This document shows positions 50,481 through 64,000 of a stretch of 64,000 bases of DNA, one piece after another. This DNA is from Octopus sinensis (Eukaryota), in NCBI RefSeq assembly GCF_006345805.1, contig NC_043009.1, forward strand, positions 68,944,001 through 69,008,000, read 5' to 3'. Made by a program: the position numbers and the translations under genes. Numbering within the stretch: the first letter of the stretch is position 1; each line of letters begins with the position of its first letter. The notes beneath the pieces are model-generated. The model saw only the letters and a program-made list of their open reading frames with translations, had not been told where the DNA came from and ran no database searches.

Positions 50481-50716
50481 AGGCGGCGAGGAGCTGGCAG
50501 AAACGTTAGCACGCCGGGCGAAATGCGTAGCCGGATTTCGTCTGCCGTTACGTTCTGGGTTCAAATTCCACCGAGGTCGACTTTGCCTTTCATCCTTTCG
50601 GGGTCAGTAAATTAAGTACCAGTTACGCACTGGAGTCAATATACTCGACTTAATCCGTCTGTCTGTCCTTGTTTGTCCTCTCTGTGTTTAGCCCCTTGTA
50701 GGTGGTAAAGAAATAT
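50481..50716 (+). mobile_element. SINE family A, young copy with TSD
   Basis: 14-bp direct repeat ATATTTGGTATCTA at 50465-50478 and 50717-50730; CpGs retained. Confidence 0.9.
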
Positions 50717-52748
50717 ATATTTGGTATCTAATCTCAGTAGTTTGGTAAAGTAAGGCACTGTGGAACAAAGTGTTGTACCCCCAAAATACAATTATATTGG
50801 GAAGCAGCTTAGCACCTTCGTTAGAATAGAAATCGTTGGATGTTGTTAACGAGTTTGCAGTCAAATAGTCTGTTCGCTCTTGTCAGTTGTGACTATTTTC
50901 ACTTGATCTTTTAGTTTGCTTCAGTCATTGGACTGTGGCCATGCTGGGGCAGTGCCTGGATGGGTTTAGTTGAATAAATTAACCTCAGTACTTATTTTTT
51001 TAAAGTCTGGTGCTTATTCCATCAGTCTCTTTTGCCAAACCACTAAGTTACAGGGACATAGAAAAAACCAACACCAGCTGTCAAACAGTGATGGAGGACA
51101 AACACACACATACACGCACACACTTGGATTCTTTCAGTTTCCATCTACTAAATCTTCTCAGAAGACTTTGGTTGGCCCTAGGCTATCATAGAAGACACTT
51201 GCCCAAGGTGCCACATAGTGAGACTGAACCCTGAACCATGTGGTTGGGAGCACATGTTTTTACCCCACAGCCACATCTATCCATATTTTAATGAAAAGTT
51301 GCTGTTAGTTAACCCTGGGGCTGGTGAAAGGAATTCTGGCCATGACCATCCTGTTTGTTTATCTGAGACTTCCTGTTTTAAGATGAAAGATTTTGAACAG
51401 AGGGAATTTGAGTGCTGTTTTTAACAGATCAAGGAACCCGGTAGAAGTTTGCTGTTGGCTCTTCAGCAGTGGTGTAAAAATATTATGGGCCAACTTGTAA
51501 ATTCCCATTCTACTTTACCAAAGAACTTAATTCTTCTTGCACCAATAAAATCTAGTCACTGATCTGTGTAGGTGGAAAAATCTTCAAGAAGCCGGGTGGA
51601 ATGTAAACGGGGTGGGGGGAATAGAACTGGTCATATAAGTCATTGTTGGTGTTTAAGAAAAGGATTTTGTTCCATCCTGGCACACAAACGAGCTTCTTTC
51701 AATATCAAAAGGAAAAAAAAAAGTCTTCTAATTTCTTCTTTCTCTCTCTCTCTCTCTCTCTCTATTCTGGTCTAACCAGCTGGTCCTGACATCTTGGTTG
51801 TTCAGCTCAGCCAATGGCATTGTATCTACAAAGCAAAATAATAAATTTATATAATAAATACATACAAAAGAAAATTAATCTGAGAAGAATTTGTTTTTTG
51901 TTTTTTTTTGTTGTAAAAATGAAAATCTAAAATAAATATAAAATGGCTTTTTAATTTCTTTTATTGTCAAAGATTCAAAAGCTGAAAAAAATTTTTTTTT
52001 AAGCACAAGAAAGCTGTTATGCCAGTTTGGTATTAAGAACAATATGTCGCTTTGAATCCTGTGACTGTATGGTAAAGCAGTCACAAAGCAAAAATAGCAG
52101 CGAATTCTCTGTTCGTCTCAATAATGAGCATTCATTTGTTTGACTAACTGAATTTCTACATGTGAAATTAATGCATTAGTGGCTGAATACACCACAGACA
52201 GGTGTACCCTTAATGCAGTTCGCATGCTGAATTTGTGTGAAAACGGAAAGTGACATTCGAATTACTCTGCCAAATGTAACGCTCGTTTATTTACATTGGT
52301 TTTTTAATTAATCATGCATTGTCTTGTAGCTTGAAGATATCACTGTGATTGTTTATTTTTGGAATGACATTGTAGGGTATGTGTGAGAGGCCAGATAGTG
52401 GAGAGGTGAAACGTTGGATTGTGTTGGAGGTGTAGGACTATTCTTCTGTATTAGGGCAAGTTTGGGCAAATGTGAGTGTGTGTGGGGTGGGGGTTGTGTG
52501 TGTGGGGGTGGTGGAGGCCAAAGGAGTAAAGGAGAGAATGGGTGTTGAGGAATCGGGGGGGGGGGAAAGATAATGGAGAAAGTGTAGTTGAGCTGAGTGT
52601 TGGAAAGGGTGGTGGGATGAGGGTAGGTGAGGTGGAGGGAGTATAGTGAAGAAAAGAAAGGCTAAAGGATATTGTAGAGGTGTGTGAGTGGGCAGTGAGG
52701 TAAAGTTAAGAGGAGGAGGCGTTGGGTGGCAACAGAAGTAACCCAGGA

Positions 52749-52967
52749 AAGGCGGCGAGCTGGCAGAAACGTTAGCACGCCAGGCGAAATGCCTAGCGGT
52801 ATTTCACTTCTTTATGTTCTGAGTTCAAATTCCACCGAGGTCGACTTTGCCTTTCATCCTTTTTGGGGTCGATAAATTAAGTACCAGTCATGTACTGGGG
52901 TCGATCTTATTGACTGCCCCCCTCCCCCAAAATTTCGGGCTTTGTGCCTGGAGTAGAAAAAAAAAAA
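52749..52967 (+). mobile_element. SINE family A variant (alternative tail plus poly-A) with TSD
   Basis: 15-bp TSD AGAAGTAACCCAGGA at 52734-52748 and 52968-52982. Confidence 0.9.
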
Positions 52968-55103
52968 AGAAGTAACCCAGGAGAAAGTGAGATAGGGAGG
53001 GAGGGAGAGTGTGTGTGTGTTTGTGCTGTGAGTGATGGGAGTCATGGAATGGAAAGGATGTTGTTGCTTTCATTTAGCATTGCTCTTATTTTGTGTTTGG
53101 CTTTTCAAGTCACTTCTTACCAGAAACCGTTATGTATTTTCTGGCACACACGTTAACCATAGCATATCGTGTAAGCATTCAAACACGACCACTATTTTTC
53201 CATAGAACTTTTGGTTCTCCAAAGCCATCTTGGTGTAGAAGTCAACCTGCCTTCTGTCTTTGGCTGTAAATTTCGCTCTGAAGAATCAGACTCCTATGCT
53301 GGAAAATATAGTACATACCAATTACCACTGGTGTGCGGGCGCATGCACACACATGCACACACACACACACACACACACAAATACACGCTCACACACACAC
53401 ACTGTCATACATACGCATATGCAATGGGCTTCTGCAGTTGCGGTGCTGATGCATTAATTGGTCAACTCAACTCTATGGAAGACATGTGCTCAGGATAGGA
53501 AATAAATGGAGATTGAACCTGAAGCCATGGGATTACAAAGTGGACTACTTAAACTTGATTATGTTTTTAAAAAAAATAAATGAATCAAAATTTGTTCCAT
53601 TATAACTTCCAAGGTTCCATAATTGTCTAAGTTTTACCAAAGTTGCTTTTTCTTTTACCTTCAGGCTTTCTCTCTCACTCTCCTTCCTTCTATCTCTTTC
53701 TAGCGTGACTCTCTTTCTCTTTAAGGCATTCCCTTTCTCTTTGTCTCTTCTTCTTACTATCACTTTCTCTCTCTCCCTTCCTCTCTCCTCATCAAATATT
53801 TTGTGTATTAAATGAGATGAAAACTAATCAAATTATAAAAGAAAAAAAAAACAGACAAAACAAAAACACCACCAACAAAAACCTGTGAATAATGTTTTTA
53901 AAATCCTATTTCCTTGCTCTTCTCCAATCTGATGTGAAACTTTCTTCTGAAGTGTGTGTAATTCCAAAAATTAATTACTTAGCATTAATAGCTTTAAAGT
54001 TGGCTAAGCATCAGTCCTATTTGGCAAGAAGAACCTGTTTAGTTTTCTCTAAGATCTATTAGAATAATGCAGATAGTATTTCTGAAGAGAATGTACTTTC
54101 AAGAAGAACCTCTTCCAACCCCCACAAACTCATGCACCAACAAATAAACCCATTTCGTGGTCAATCAACTTACTCAAAATAGCCAATTCTCTTTGTATCA
54201 ATAACGCTTTACTGGCTTAAAAAAAAGAAAGAAAGAAAAAGAAAAAGGAAGTGGAATGATGAACCTGAAGAATGACAGACAAGATCATCATATCTGGAAT
54301 GCTTTGGCCATAAGCCTAGTTAATCAGGGCTGGTGACCTCCACTCCATACACACACGGGCATGAATGTATGTATGGCACAAAAAGGCCCACAAACAGTAG
54401 GGAGTTAAGAAAGGATTAAGAAATTTGTTTTCTGTAATATTATCCAACACCAATGGCTGAATAATTTAGGACAAATTATATTTATTTTAGAATTTTAATT
54501 ACTGTCCACATTCTTTGGGTGTGAACAGTTACTGCTCTGCATTTGTTTTTTTGTTTTGTTTTTTTGTTGAGGACCCAAATTGTAAGGTCAGTCATATGTG
54601 TGAAGGTTTGTTTATTTGCTCCCTATTTGTCATGTGTATGAAGGTGTGGCTTTGTGGTCAGCAATTTGTTTCCCAAACATGTGGTCTTGAGTTCAGTCTC
54701 TCTCCATGGCACCATAGCCCTAGGCCGATCAAAGACTTGTGAGTGGATGCAATAGATGGAAACTGAAAGAAGCCTGTCATATATTGATATGTATATATGT
54801 AAGTGTACGTGAATGTATGCATGCATGGTCCTTGACATGACCTGAGAGTTGTAGAAGAATGTTGCCATCATGTAAATACTGTCCTTCGATTCCGTTCTTT
54901 TGTGAAAAGATGTTTGGTCGTTGGGGATTATTACTTCACTCTGACAAAGAGCTTTGCTAGAAACGAAAACTATTTTTCTTTCTTTTCTCGAGCATCTGCT
55001 GATACTTTGCATGTACCACATCCTCACGTTTTTTTTTTCTTGTTGTGTTTAATCTTTTTTTATTTACTATGTATGTTTGTCATTGTTTAGTTTTATTTCA
55101 AGA

Positions 55104-55493
55104 CTAGCACTATGACCAAGCAACGCCGGGTCATAGTACCAATTCATGCATATACAGCTGCGTGCGTGCACACATACACGTGAGTACTGTCCAAATCTCC
55201 GACCAATCACATACAGCTAGCTGGCATTCAATTAGCGTATCAAGTTTGGGGTATTTTGATTGGGTTTTGGATAGAAAATTCACAAAAAAGTCACTTCTAT
55301 TGATTTTTAATTGGCTTTGCGGGGTGACTGGGGAAATGTAAAGATGTACACGACCACCCTTGGACGGTTTTGAATGACCATAGAAAGTGCGAGCCCTCTA
55401 ACTGAAAAATTGTGGATTTGTATAAAGGACATGCGCACGCGCGCGCACACACACACACACAGATAGACATTTTGCCTTTTATACATATAGAGA
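55104..55493 (-). mobile_element. Non-autonomous Helitron
   Basis: 5' A|TCTCTATATGTATAAAAG, internal (GT)n, 3' hairpin ACTATGACC..GGTCATAGT followed by CTAG|T; insertion between A and T. Confidence 0.8.
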
Positions 55494-57139
55494 TTTCTTG
55501 CCAATAGAGAAAGAGCTGGTTTCTAACCTAGCTCCAAGGCTCCTTCATGGGAATTTCAACAGCATCAACAACGGTATTTTTGTATGTATGTATGTATATG
55601 TGCAGATTTGTATGTTTTGTTTTATGTATGTATTTTCATGCACATAGTTGCATATCTGGGCATACTCATGTATGTATATATGTGAGTGAGTGTGTGTATT
55701 TGATAGATCATGTCTAAACTAACAAGGTGCTTTTTAAGGTGCTGGTACCACTTAAAAAGCACCTGTGATGGCACTACATAAAAAGTACCCAGTATACTCT
55801 GTGGTGTGGTCAGCATTAGGAGGGTCATCCAGCTGTAGAAACCAAGCCAAAACAGACAATGGATCCTGGTGTGGCCACTGGCCTTGCCGTTTCCTGTCAA
55901 GCTGTCCAACTCATGCCAGCATGGAAAATGGATGTTAAATGATGATGATGGTGAAGGATTATCCTAGGTGTTCAATCAACAGCAGGTAAAATATACTGAG
56001 ATGGTAGCTAAATGGTTAGCTGTTACCATGATTGGTATCTGCCGTGGCTGTCGCTTCTGCCTCTGCCATGAATATTGTCACCAACATTATTACTTTCATT
56101 GGTGGCTTTGTAATTGTGTCTATCATCATCAGCATCTCTTAGAGTAATAACGAGACGATGGAATGAGACTGGGGGATTTTGGGTGCTGACACATCAGTCA
56201 TTAACCCTTCGGATTACTCTGTCAAATGCTTATTTACTCTCAGTGTTTTGAATTAACCATGCGTTATCTTGTAGCTACAAGATTTCCATGAAAGAATGGG
56301 TTACTTTAAGAATGGCTTTGTAGTGTAGGTATGTTTTGAACATAAAAACAGATTATTTGAGCCTGATATAAGGACACAGGAAACGGTGTTTCCTAGGGTT
56401 AAATAACAGTAGCATTCTTCCCTTTCATTGGACTGTCACGTTAAGCTGACAACATACCATCACTTTATCGTGCTGATACTGCATAAATCTCTCTGAGAGA
56501 TTTAGAAATATATTATTTCTATTTTCAGGTATGGCTAGTTTAAATGTTGAAGGGGTTAATGTTTCTAGTGCTCCTGTTGCTTGTAGCAGTGATCTCTTTC
56601 CCTTTATGTCTCCCAGTTGTATTGATTTGTATATTCTTTGAATTGAGTGTTCAAGAGTTACGTGCCCTTCCGACTAGTTTGGCTCACAAACTACAAACTA
56701 TTGTCTATCAACATTCAAATGTCTTCACCAGCTGTGGTTCTTCCATGTATTTACGGTTATTGACTTGTTTTGGTAATATTAAACTTATTGACAACTTGAT
56801 TTATAGTTAAAATCTGTTTTATCTGCCATTCACACAAAATATTACCAAAAGCTGATCATGGCATTGCTCTATTCTTATACTAAATCTCACTGTCAGTAAG
56901 TTTACCTTATTTTTTAAATTTTCATTTTGTTTCTGATTGCTGCCAGCAAATGTACAGTTTTATAAAGATAATTTTTCACCAATATTCTTGGTATGATTAG
57001 TATGGTAGTCAAATTTTTATTGGTTGTATATGATTATAAATTATTATTTAGTCAAGATGGCGAGCTAGCAAAATTGATAACAAGATGGACAAAATGCTTA
57101 GTAACATTTCTTATGACTCTTTACATTCTCAGTTCTGTA

Positions 57140-57365
57140 TCAGGACAATTACTTGCCTAGGATAATTACTGCCCCACCACACACACACACCACACCAATA
57201 GGACAATTGCCCCTGACAACAACTATCCCCTAGGACAATTACTCCCCTTGTTTAATTACCCCCTCTCCAATATATTAAGAAGTTTTAAATCATCTGTTGT
57301 TGTCAGTGGGTAATTGTCTTGTGGGGGTAGTTATTGTCCATGGGGGTGGGGGTAAATATCCTAGA
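57140..57365. repeat. Inverted arrays of GGACAATT(A/G)C-type motifs (MITE-like)
   Basis: Four direct GGA(C/T)AATT copies at left; GTAATTGTC and TATTGTCC complements at right. Confidence 0.55.
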
Positions 57366-59267
57366 CTCCTCAGTGCGACTCCTACCAAAGTCAACTTTAC
57401 TTTTCATTCTTATGGGGTTGATAAAAATGAAGTACCAGTCAAATAATGGGGGTGATATAGCAAACTTGAATCTCCCCTCAAAATTACTGGCTTTGTGCCA
57501 AAATTAGAATTATTTAGCCAAGGAAAAAAAAATGGTGGGGGTCAAATAAGCATCCTTTTCCAGATCGGCAAGCTTGGCACGGTTGATGTTCAGATTAAAT
57601 TTCTGAAGGTTGATGTCTTTAAGGAAAACTTCAGCAGTAATGTGGTGCCATGCTACAGTATTTCAGTTCTAGCTGGGATAACTTAAGAGAGTGGTTGGAT
57701 GGTAGTTAACATGGAACAAAATCGGAATTGACCAGTGGAGATGAACCATACACATTGGCTAGACAGGAATATACAACTTTAGAGATTTTCAAATATATTT
57801 AAGGATTACATTATCCAACATTTTCCTTTTCTTTCTAAGACAATAGAATTTGATTTGAAAGAGACTTGACTATTATATCTAGCAAGTTTTAACTACTTCA
57901 TAGAGGCTCTTCTCAAACAATAGAGCCTGACTTCTCATTTTTACATTTCATTTCTGCTCTGCAGAATTTTTAAATTTAGCCTCCACACACATCTTCTTAC
58001 ACAATACTCTCTAAATATTTCATTCAGGATTCAATTTTATTCTTTAAATAGTATTTTAATGGAAATATGCTATATTTTGTGCAAGAAAAAGAAAGAAAAG
58101 AAAACCTCCTGTTATTAATTCTTCCCTCTCACACTTCTTCATTCCTTACTTTTCACTTGCCATTTGTTGTATGAAGCTCAATTCATCACAAAAACCACTT
58201 AAGCGCTGCAGCTTCGAGGAAACTTCTTTTGTCAAGTGTGAAGAACCTGTTTAGTATGAGGAGAATGTGTGGAGTACATCTGTACTGAGGAAAACTAGTG
58301 AATCTTTAATTTTGCATGTTAATTGGTGTGTGGCTTAGATTTCATTACTGTGTTAGTCTGAAGGATTAAACCATTATTTTTCTTTGAGGATTTCATCATC
58401 AGCTGTAGTTTCAAATTTGGGCGAAAGACAGGTGTGTGAAGGGACTCCCCCCCACTTGTGCTAAATGGTTGCTCAACTCATTAGAATTAAAGTCCAATAT
58501 TCATCTCAGAGAGTAGTTTACCATCTCAAACGGCACCATGCTTTCTTTGAAAAAGTAAAGACCTATTTAGTCTGAAATTTAAATGTGATGGTCACGATAG
58601 CCACACTTTGATCATAGAACTATTTGAACACAACTGACTGAAACTAAACAACAACCTTTGAAATACCGTTATTATGCTGCAATTGTACAGAATACATTGA
58701 AGTGTGGTGTCTGAAATATTCTTCAATCTGTGAAAATAGCATAGTTTATAATTTGTAGACTGCTTTTGATTAAGCACGAAATAGTCCAACTGATGTGGGT
58801 CTGGGTATTTGGCAACACTAAATCTCAAAGTCTTTTTCTATTATAATTCCATTGCTGTAATCCACTCATTTTAAACATAAATTTCCTCCAATTTTAGCTC
58901 TTTATCATAACTCATTAGTTGAGTTCTATGATTCTCTCTTTCTCTCTCTCTCTCTATCTCTCTCATGTATATATTTTATCAGCAGCAGCATTTAATGTCC
59001 TCATTTCATACTGGCATGGGTTGGATGGTTTGTCAAGCACTGGCAAGTCAGACGACCCCTCCAAGCTCTGCTGTCTGTTTTGACAGGGTTTCTATAACTA
59101 GATGCCCTTCTTAGTGTTAACAACTTTACGGAGTGTGGACTGGGTGCTTTTTACCTGGCAACAACAGCAGTGGGGTCACAAAACAACTTGCAAGACAAAG
59201 ACCCCTAACTGAGTTAGGGAAAAGTATTTAGGGAGGTGGCTGTGTGCTAGGTGATGAGGGGTTAGAG

Positions 59268-59435
59268 CAGAGGTCCCCAAAGTTTTTAGAACATCAACCC
59301 CTTCATGGAATCTTTGACCCCTGATCGACCCCAGCCATGTACAAGAGAATAAATAAATAATAATAAGGGGTCAATAAATGCACATCTACTTAATTATTAT
59401 CACGGGTCGATATCAATCACTTTGGAAACCCCCTG
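59268..59435. mobile_element. hAT MITE with perfect 8-bp TSD
   Basis: CAGAGGTCCCCAAAGT ... ACTTTGGAAACCCCCTG; GGTTAGAG at 59260-59267 and 59436-59443. Confidence 0.85.
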
Positions 59436-60433
59436 GGTTAGAGTATAAATTGAGGGGCAGACATCCTATGTCTTGCAGTAAAAGAAATGCATGAATACCT
59501 CAGTTGGGGAGAGAGAAGATGGTGAAAATGTGATGGCAGGATACGGACAAGTTGTAGGAAGACATATACAAGTAAAGTGGACCCGAGGATTGGGTAGGGT
59601 GAATGGGCCCCAGAAGTTTACAAGATTGTGAAAGGAAAGTGGGAGGGGAATGTAGTGAGTGAACAGAAATAGAGAGAGGAACTTGTTAGGGGAATATGTG
59701 TGTGTGTGTTATGGGCTTTCTGCAGTTCCTTTCTACGAAATCAACTCCCAAGGCAATGGTTAGCCTGGGGTTCTTTTAGAAGACATTTGCTCACAGTTTT
59801 ACTACGACTGCACATTTGGAGTTGGATCCATAACCATGTGATTGCAAAGCGATGCCTGCGTCTATTTGTACTCTATGTAAACTACAGGATGTTGGATATA
59901 TTTAGAACGGTGTAAACATGCTGGAGAACATATTCCACCAATACTCAACTATGGAATTTTTGGATTACCAATTGATCTTTCTGTTTACAAGTGCTAAGTT
60001 TGAAATAGGAATCTCTTGTATAGCGCTGTTGTTGGCTCTGCTCTAGATTACTTTACCGTTCTACCATGTACAGGAATCAATTGTTCTTCAGCAAGAAATT
60101 TTATTTATATATCTTTATTACAACTTTTCCACAAAGCTGGTCAATAAATACAGTATATATGTGTACAAAGGATGGGTGTATACATGTGTGTGTGTGTATG
60201 CAAGTGTGTATATTTTTGAATGTGTGTTGATAGATATATATAACTGTAGATGTGTGGTTCTATGTATTTGTATACATATAAATTTGTGCTTGCTTGTATG
60301 TGTATATATGTATGTTTGTATGTATATTTATGTATGTATATTTGTTATATAGATGTATATATACATATATACGGATGTATGATTATATATATAAATAAAT
60401 ATCTGGATGTGTATGTCAGCATAGGAATGTGTT

Positions 60434-60489
<56 letters not shown>

Positions 60490-60494
60490 TATAT

Positions 60495-61693
60495 AAGGCA
60501 GTGATGTATAGTTTGTTTGTTGAGATATTGATTCTGAACTAAACACTGACAAGCCCTCCCAGACCCCCACAAAACCCACACCTCAACCCCCTTGCCCCTC
60601 ATACAACTCATTCTGCTTCTTGGAAATTGTATAACATCTTCCATTTTTTCATCACTTTTCTCAAAGTGTTTCAATATATTCCATCTTTCAGGAAAATTCC
60701 ATTCTTTTCATGTTTTTAAATTTCTCTGGGAATTCTTTTATTTAAAAAAAGAACCTAAGAAAAATATGTATATGGAATATATTGTTTATTGAAGCCTCCA
60801 AGAATGGTTATATTGTCGCCCTTGGCACAAGTTTTATTTCCTAGGGTTTTTTGTTTGTTTGTTTACTCTTCTGGTTTTTTTTCTTTTTCGTTATGAAGAG
60901 TGAAAAGAGTGTTGTCTTGGATAAGTGAGTTTCATTGTTCCATATTGCTCCATATCATTCCATTATTGTTCTTAGTTATCTGGGAATATTTATAGAGGTG
61001 GAGAGAGGAGAGGAGAGGGGTTGAGTTACTAATGTGAATGACTTTTGTTATGACACATACATACAAAAGACATCATAAACAAGAACGGAGAACTGTACAT
61101 CGTTGAGAACTTGTTTAGTGAAATATTGTATGCAATGCATTCACATTAAATCTTTTAATGTGGATCTATTGCATATAATACTGTAATAAACAAATTTTGA
61201 AGGATTTACGATTCTCCGTCCTTGTTTATAATATCTTCAATATGCAGTTGCATTCTGTCATTCAATGTGGTGAGTCAGAACCTGGATTATATCAGAGTAT
61301 TTGTAAGGTACCTGCTCAGAATCAAAATCTCTAGATATACATAAATCATCATTTAACCCTTTTGTTACCATATTTCTGTTGAGACGTTCTGTGTTTCTTT
61401 CAATTATGTTAAATATGACAAAGAATTTAGTAAAATAACTTAGTTATCATTCAGGTAGTGTTAGGAAAATAAATTGTGACTAAGGTTTGGTGGAAGATTT
61501 TTATTCAAAACTTATGAAAACAAGACATTTGTATTACAGAGCCAGAGCTGGTTTCAGCCGGGTTGGTAACGAAAGGGTTAATGTCTTCTTTACACGTTAG
61601 CATGGGTTGTCTGCTTTGGTTAGATGCCCTTCCTAATGCCATGCCCTTCACATGTATAAATATGTGCATTCATGTGTATACATACATATATAT

Positions 61694-61735
<42 letters not shown>

Positions 61736-62923
61736 TATATAAGGCAGTGATGTATAGTTTGTTTGTTGAGATATTGATTCTGAACTAAACACTGACAAGC
61801 CCTCCCAGACCCCCACAAAACCCACACCTCAACCCCCTTGCCCCTCATACAACTCATTCTGCTTCTTGGAAATTGTATAACATCTTCCATTTTTTCATCA
61901 CTTTTCTCAAAGTGTTTCAATATATTCCATCTTTCAGGAAAATTCCATTCTTTTCATGTTTTTAAATTTCTCTGGGAATTCTTTTATTTAAAAAAAGAAC
62001 CTAAGAAAAATATGTATATGGAATATATTGTTTATTGAAGCCTCCAAGAATGGTTATATTGTCGCCCTTGGCACAAGTTTTATTTCCTAGGGTTTTTTGT
62101 TTGTTTGTTTACTCTTCTGGTTTTTTTTCTTTTTCGTTATGAAGAGTGAAAAGAGTGTTGTCTTGGATAAGTGAGTTTCATTGTTCCATATTGCTCCATA
62201 TCATTCCATTATTGTTCTTAGTTATCTGGGAATATTTATAGAGGTGGAGAGAGGAGAGGAGAGGGGTTGAGTTACTAATGTGAATGACTTTTGTTATGAC
62301 ACATACATACAAAAGACATCATAAACAAGAACGGAGAACTGTACATCGTTGAGAACTTGTTTAGTGAAATATTGTATGCAATGCATTCACATTAAATCTT
62401 TTAATGTGGATCTATTGCATATAATACTGTAATAAACAAATTTTGAAGGATTTACGATTCTCCGTCCTTGTTTATAATATCTTCAATATGCAGTTGCATT
62501 CTGTCATTCAATGTGGTGAGTCAGAACCTGGATTATATCAGAGTATTTGTAAGGTACCTGCTCAGAATCAAAATCTCTAGATATACATAAATCATCATTT
62601 AACCCTTTTGTTACCATATTTCTGTTGAGACGTTCTGTGTTTCTTTCAATTATGTTAAATATGACAAAGAATTTAGTAAAATAACTTAGTTATCATTCAG
62701 GTAGTGTTAGGAAAATAAATTGTGACTAAGGTTTGGTGGAAGATTTTTATTCAAAACTTATGAAAACAAGACATTTGTATTACAGAGCCAGAGCTGGTTT
62801 CAGCCGGGTTGGTAACGAAAGGGTTAATGTCTTCTTTACACGTTAGCATGGGTTGTCTGCTTTGGTTAGATGCCCTTCCTAATGCCATGCCCTTCACATG
62901 TATAAATATGTGCATTCATGTGT

Positions 62924-62986
<63 letters not shown>
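60495..62986 (+). repeat. Direct tandem duplication, period 1246 bp
   Basis: Landmarks recur exactly 1246 bp apart (AAGGCAGTGATG at 60495 and 61741; TTAA at 61353 and 62599); units bounded by (TA)n. Confidence 0.95.
61357..61577. mobile_element. TTAA-flanked (piggyBac-like) MITE; second copy 62603-62823
   Basis: TTAA|CCCTTTTGTTACC ... GGTAACGAAAGGG|TTAA. Confidence 0.8.
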
Positions 62987-63007
<21 letters not shown>

Positions 63008-63497
63008 CATCATCATTTAATGCCTACTTTTCCATGTTTCCAAGGGCTGAATGTAATTCATTGAGGAAGATTTTCTGTGTCCGGTGCTCTTCTGATCTCT
63101 TATCTGCTTCTAAGCCAGGTAATATTTTCAGTCCCAAGACTGAACCCAAGCATGTCACCTTGGACAAGTGTCATCAGCTATAGTCCCTGGCTGCCCAGAG
63201 CCTTGTGAGTAGATTTCATCTGTCTGCGGCCACACACTACGCAGAGATTTATGTATACCCACCAGCAAATACGAGTATATTTTACATTGTTGCTCACCCA
63301 TATAATGGAATACAGATAAAGACTAATAGCAGGGTTTGAATTGGATTTGATACTTACATATCTACAGTATCTTACCAACATGTGATACTTTCATTGTTGT
63401 TTGTCTCACTGTACCTAACCATTTCTGGCATCCTACATATTCATCTGCCTAGCTTCTATTGAATATTTATAATTAATACACACACACACACACACAC

Positions 63498-63604
63498 ACA
63501 CTTGCTTTGGCACTACATATGCTTCAGTTGGAATGATACAGTGAAGATTAGGATGACGTTGCATGCGAGGATGACCTGCAAATTTGTGAAATATTCCATA
63601 TTTT
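63498..63604 (+). pseudogene. RNU6: U6 snRNA pseudogene
   Basis: CTTGCTTTGGCACTACATATGCTTCAGTTGGAATGATACAGTGAAGATTAGGATG..GGATGACCTGCAAATTTGTGAAATATTCCATATTTT is colinear with full-length U6; the ACAGAGA box is mutated to ACAGTGA and CpGs have decayed. Confidence 0.88.
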
Positions 63605-64000
63605 ACATTTTAACCCATTTGTGCCAAAATTTTTCTAGTGAATGAAATTGCCTGAAAATTCATAGATTCTATTATTTTGATCTAAATAACAGCTGGAAAG
63701 AAATTTCATTGAAACCCATTTGATACAGACTGCATACGCGTTAAGGGCATGTTTCATTCTTTGATACAGATCACACACAAATCACAATTTATATCAAGTA
63801 TTTGTTTTATACCCTTATAAGTTAAGGGTCAGGTTGAGCAGAGTCATGGCTGTGTGCTTTGGGGCAAGTGTCTTTTACGATAGCCCCAGGTCAACCAATG
63901 GCTTCTGAATGAATTTGGTGAGTGGAAACTGTGGCAGGCTGTTGTGTGTGTGTGTGGGGGGGGGGTGCTTTCAGTTCTCTGCAATCACGTCCTTCACTCT

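Noticed and set aside
51428-51496. Exon-like IKEPGRSLLLALQQWCKNIMGQL (CH-domain-like)
   Set aside because: Weak donor, very short similarity and no partner exons.
59900-60110. Possible Harbinger/PIF transposase remnant (minus strand)
   Set aside because: Only vague similarity with many stops; cannot be supported without a profile search.

Overview
AT-rich, microsatellite- and repeat-dense eukaryotic DNA. The SINE/LINE families look like those of an octopus (coleoid cephalopod); this is recognition from memory, not a database search. The only host gene I can support is the 5' part of a WD40 protein, most likely WDR55, on the minus strand. It has four coding exons (7176-7199, 4057-4166, 1671-1856, 266-338) that splice in frame with GT-AG junctions, and it continues beyond position 1. 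The remaining ~56 kb has no supportable host exons. It holds tRNA-derived SINEs, remnants of RTE, CR1, R4/Dong and Penelope-like retroelements, Tc1 (DD34E) and maT (DD37D) transposons, hAT and TTAA MITEs, a non-autonomous Helitron, a U6 pseudogene and a 1246-bp tandem duplication. The most interesting signals are three sequence-distinct Penelope-type terminal repeats that fold into minimal hammerhead-ribozyme-like motifs. One is fused to a tRNA/Pol III SINE head, one has a compensatory G3:C8 core swap, and one has an A6U core. There are also several long fold-back structures and an 87-bp perfectly identical patch between two otherwise ~19% diverged transposon copies 30 kb apart.
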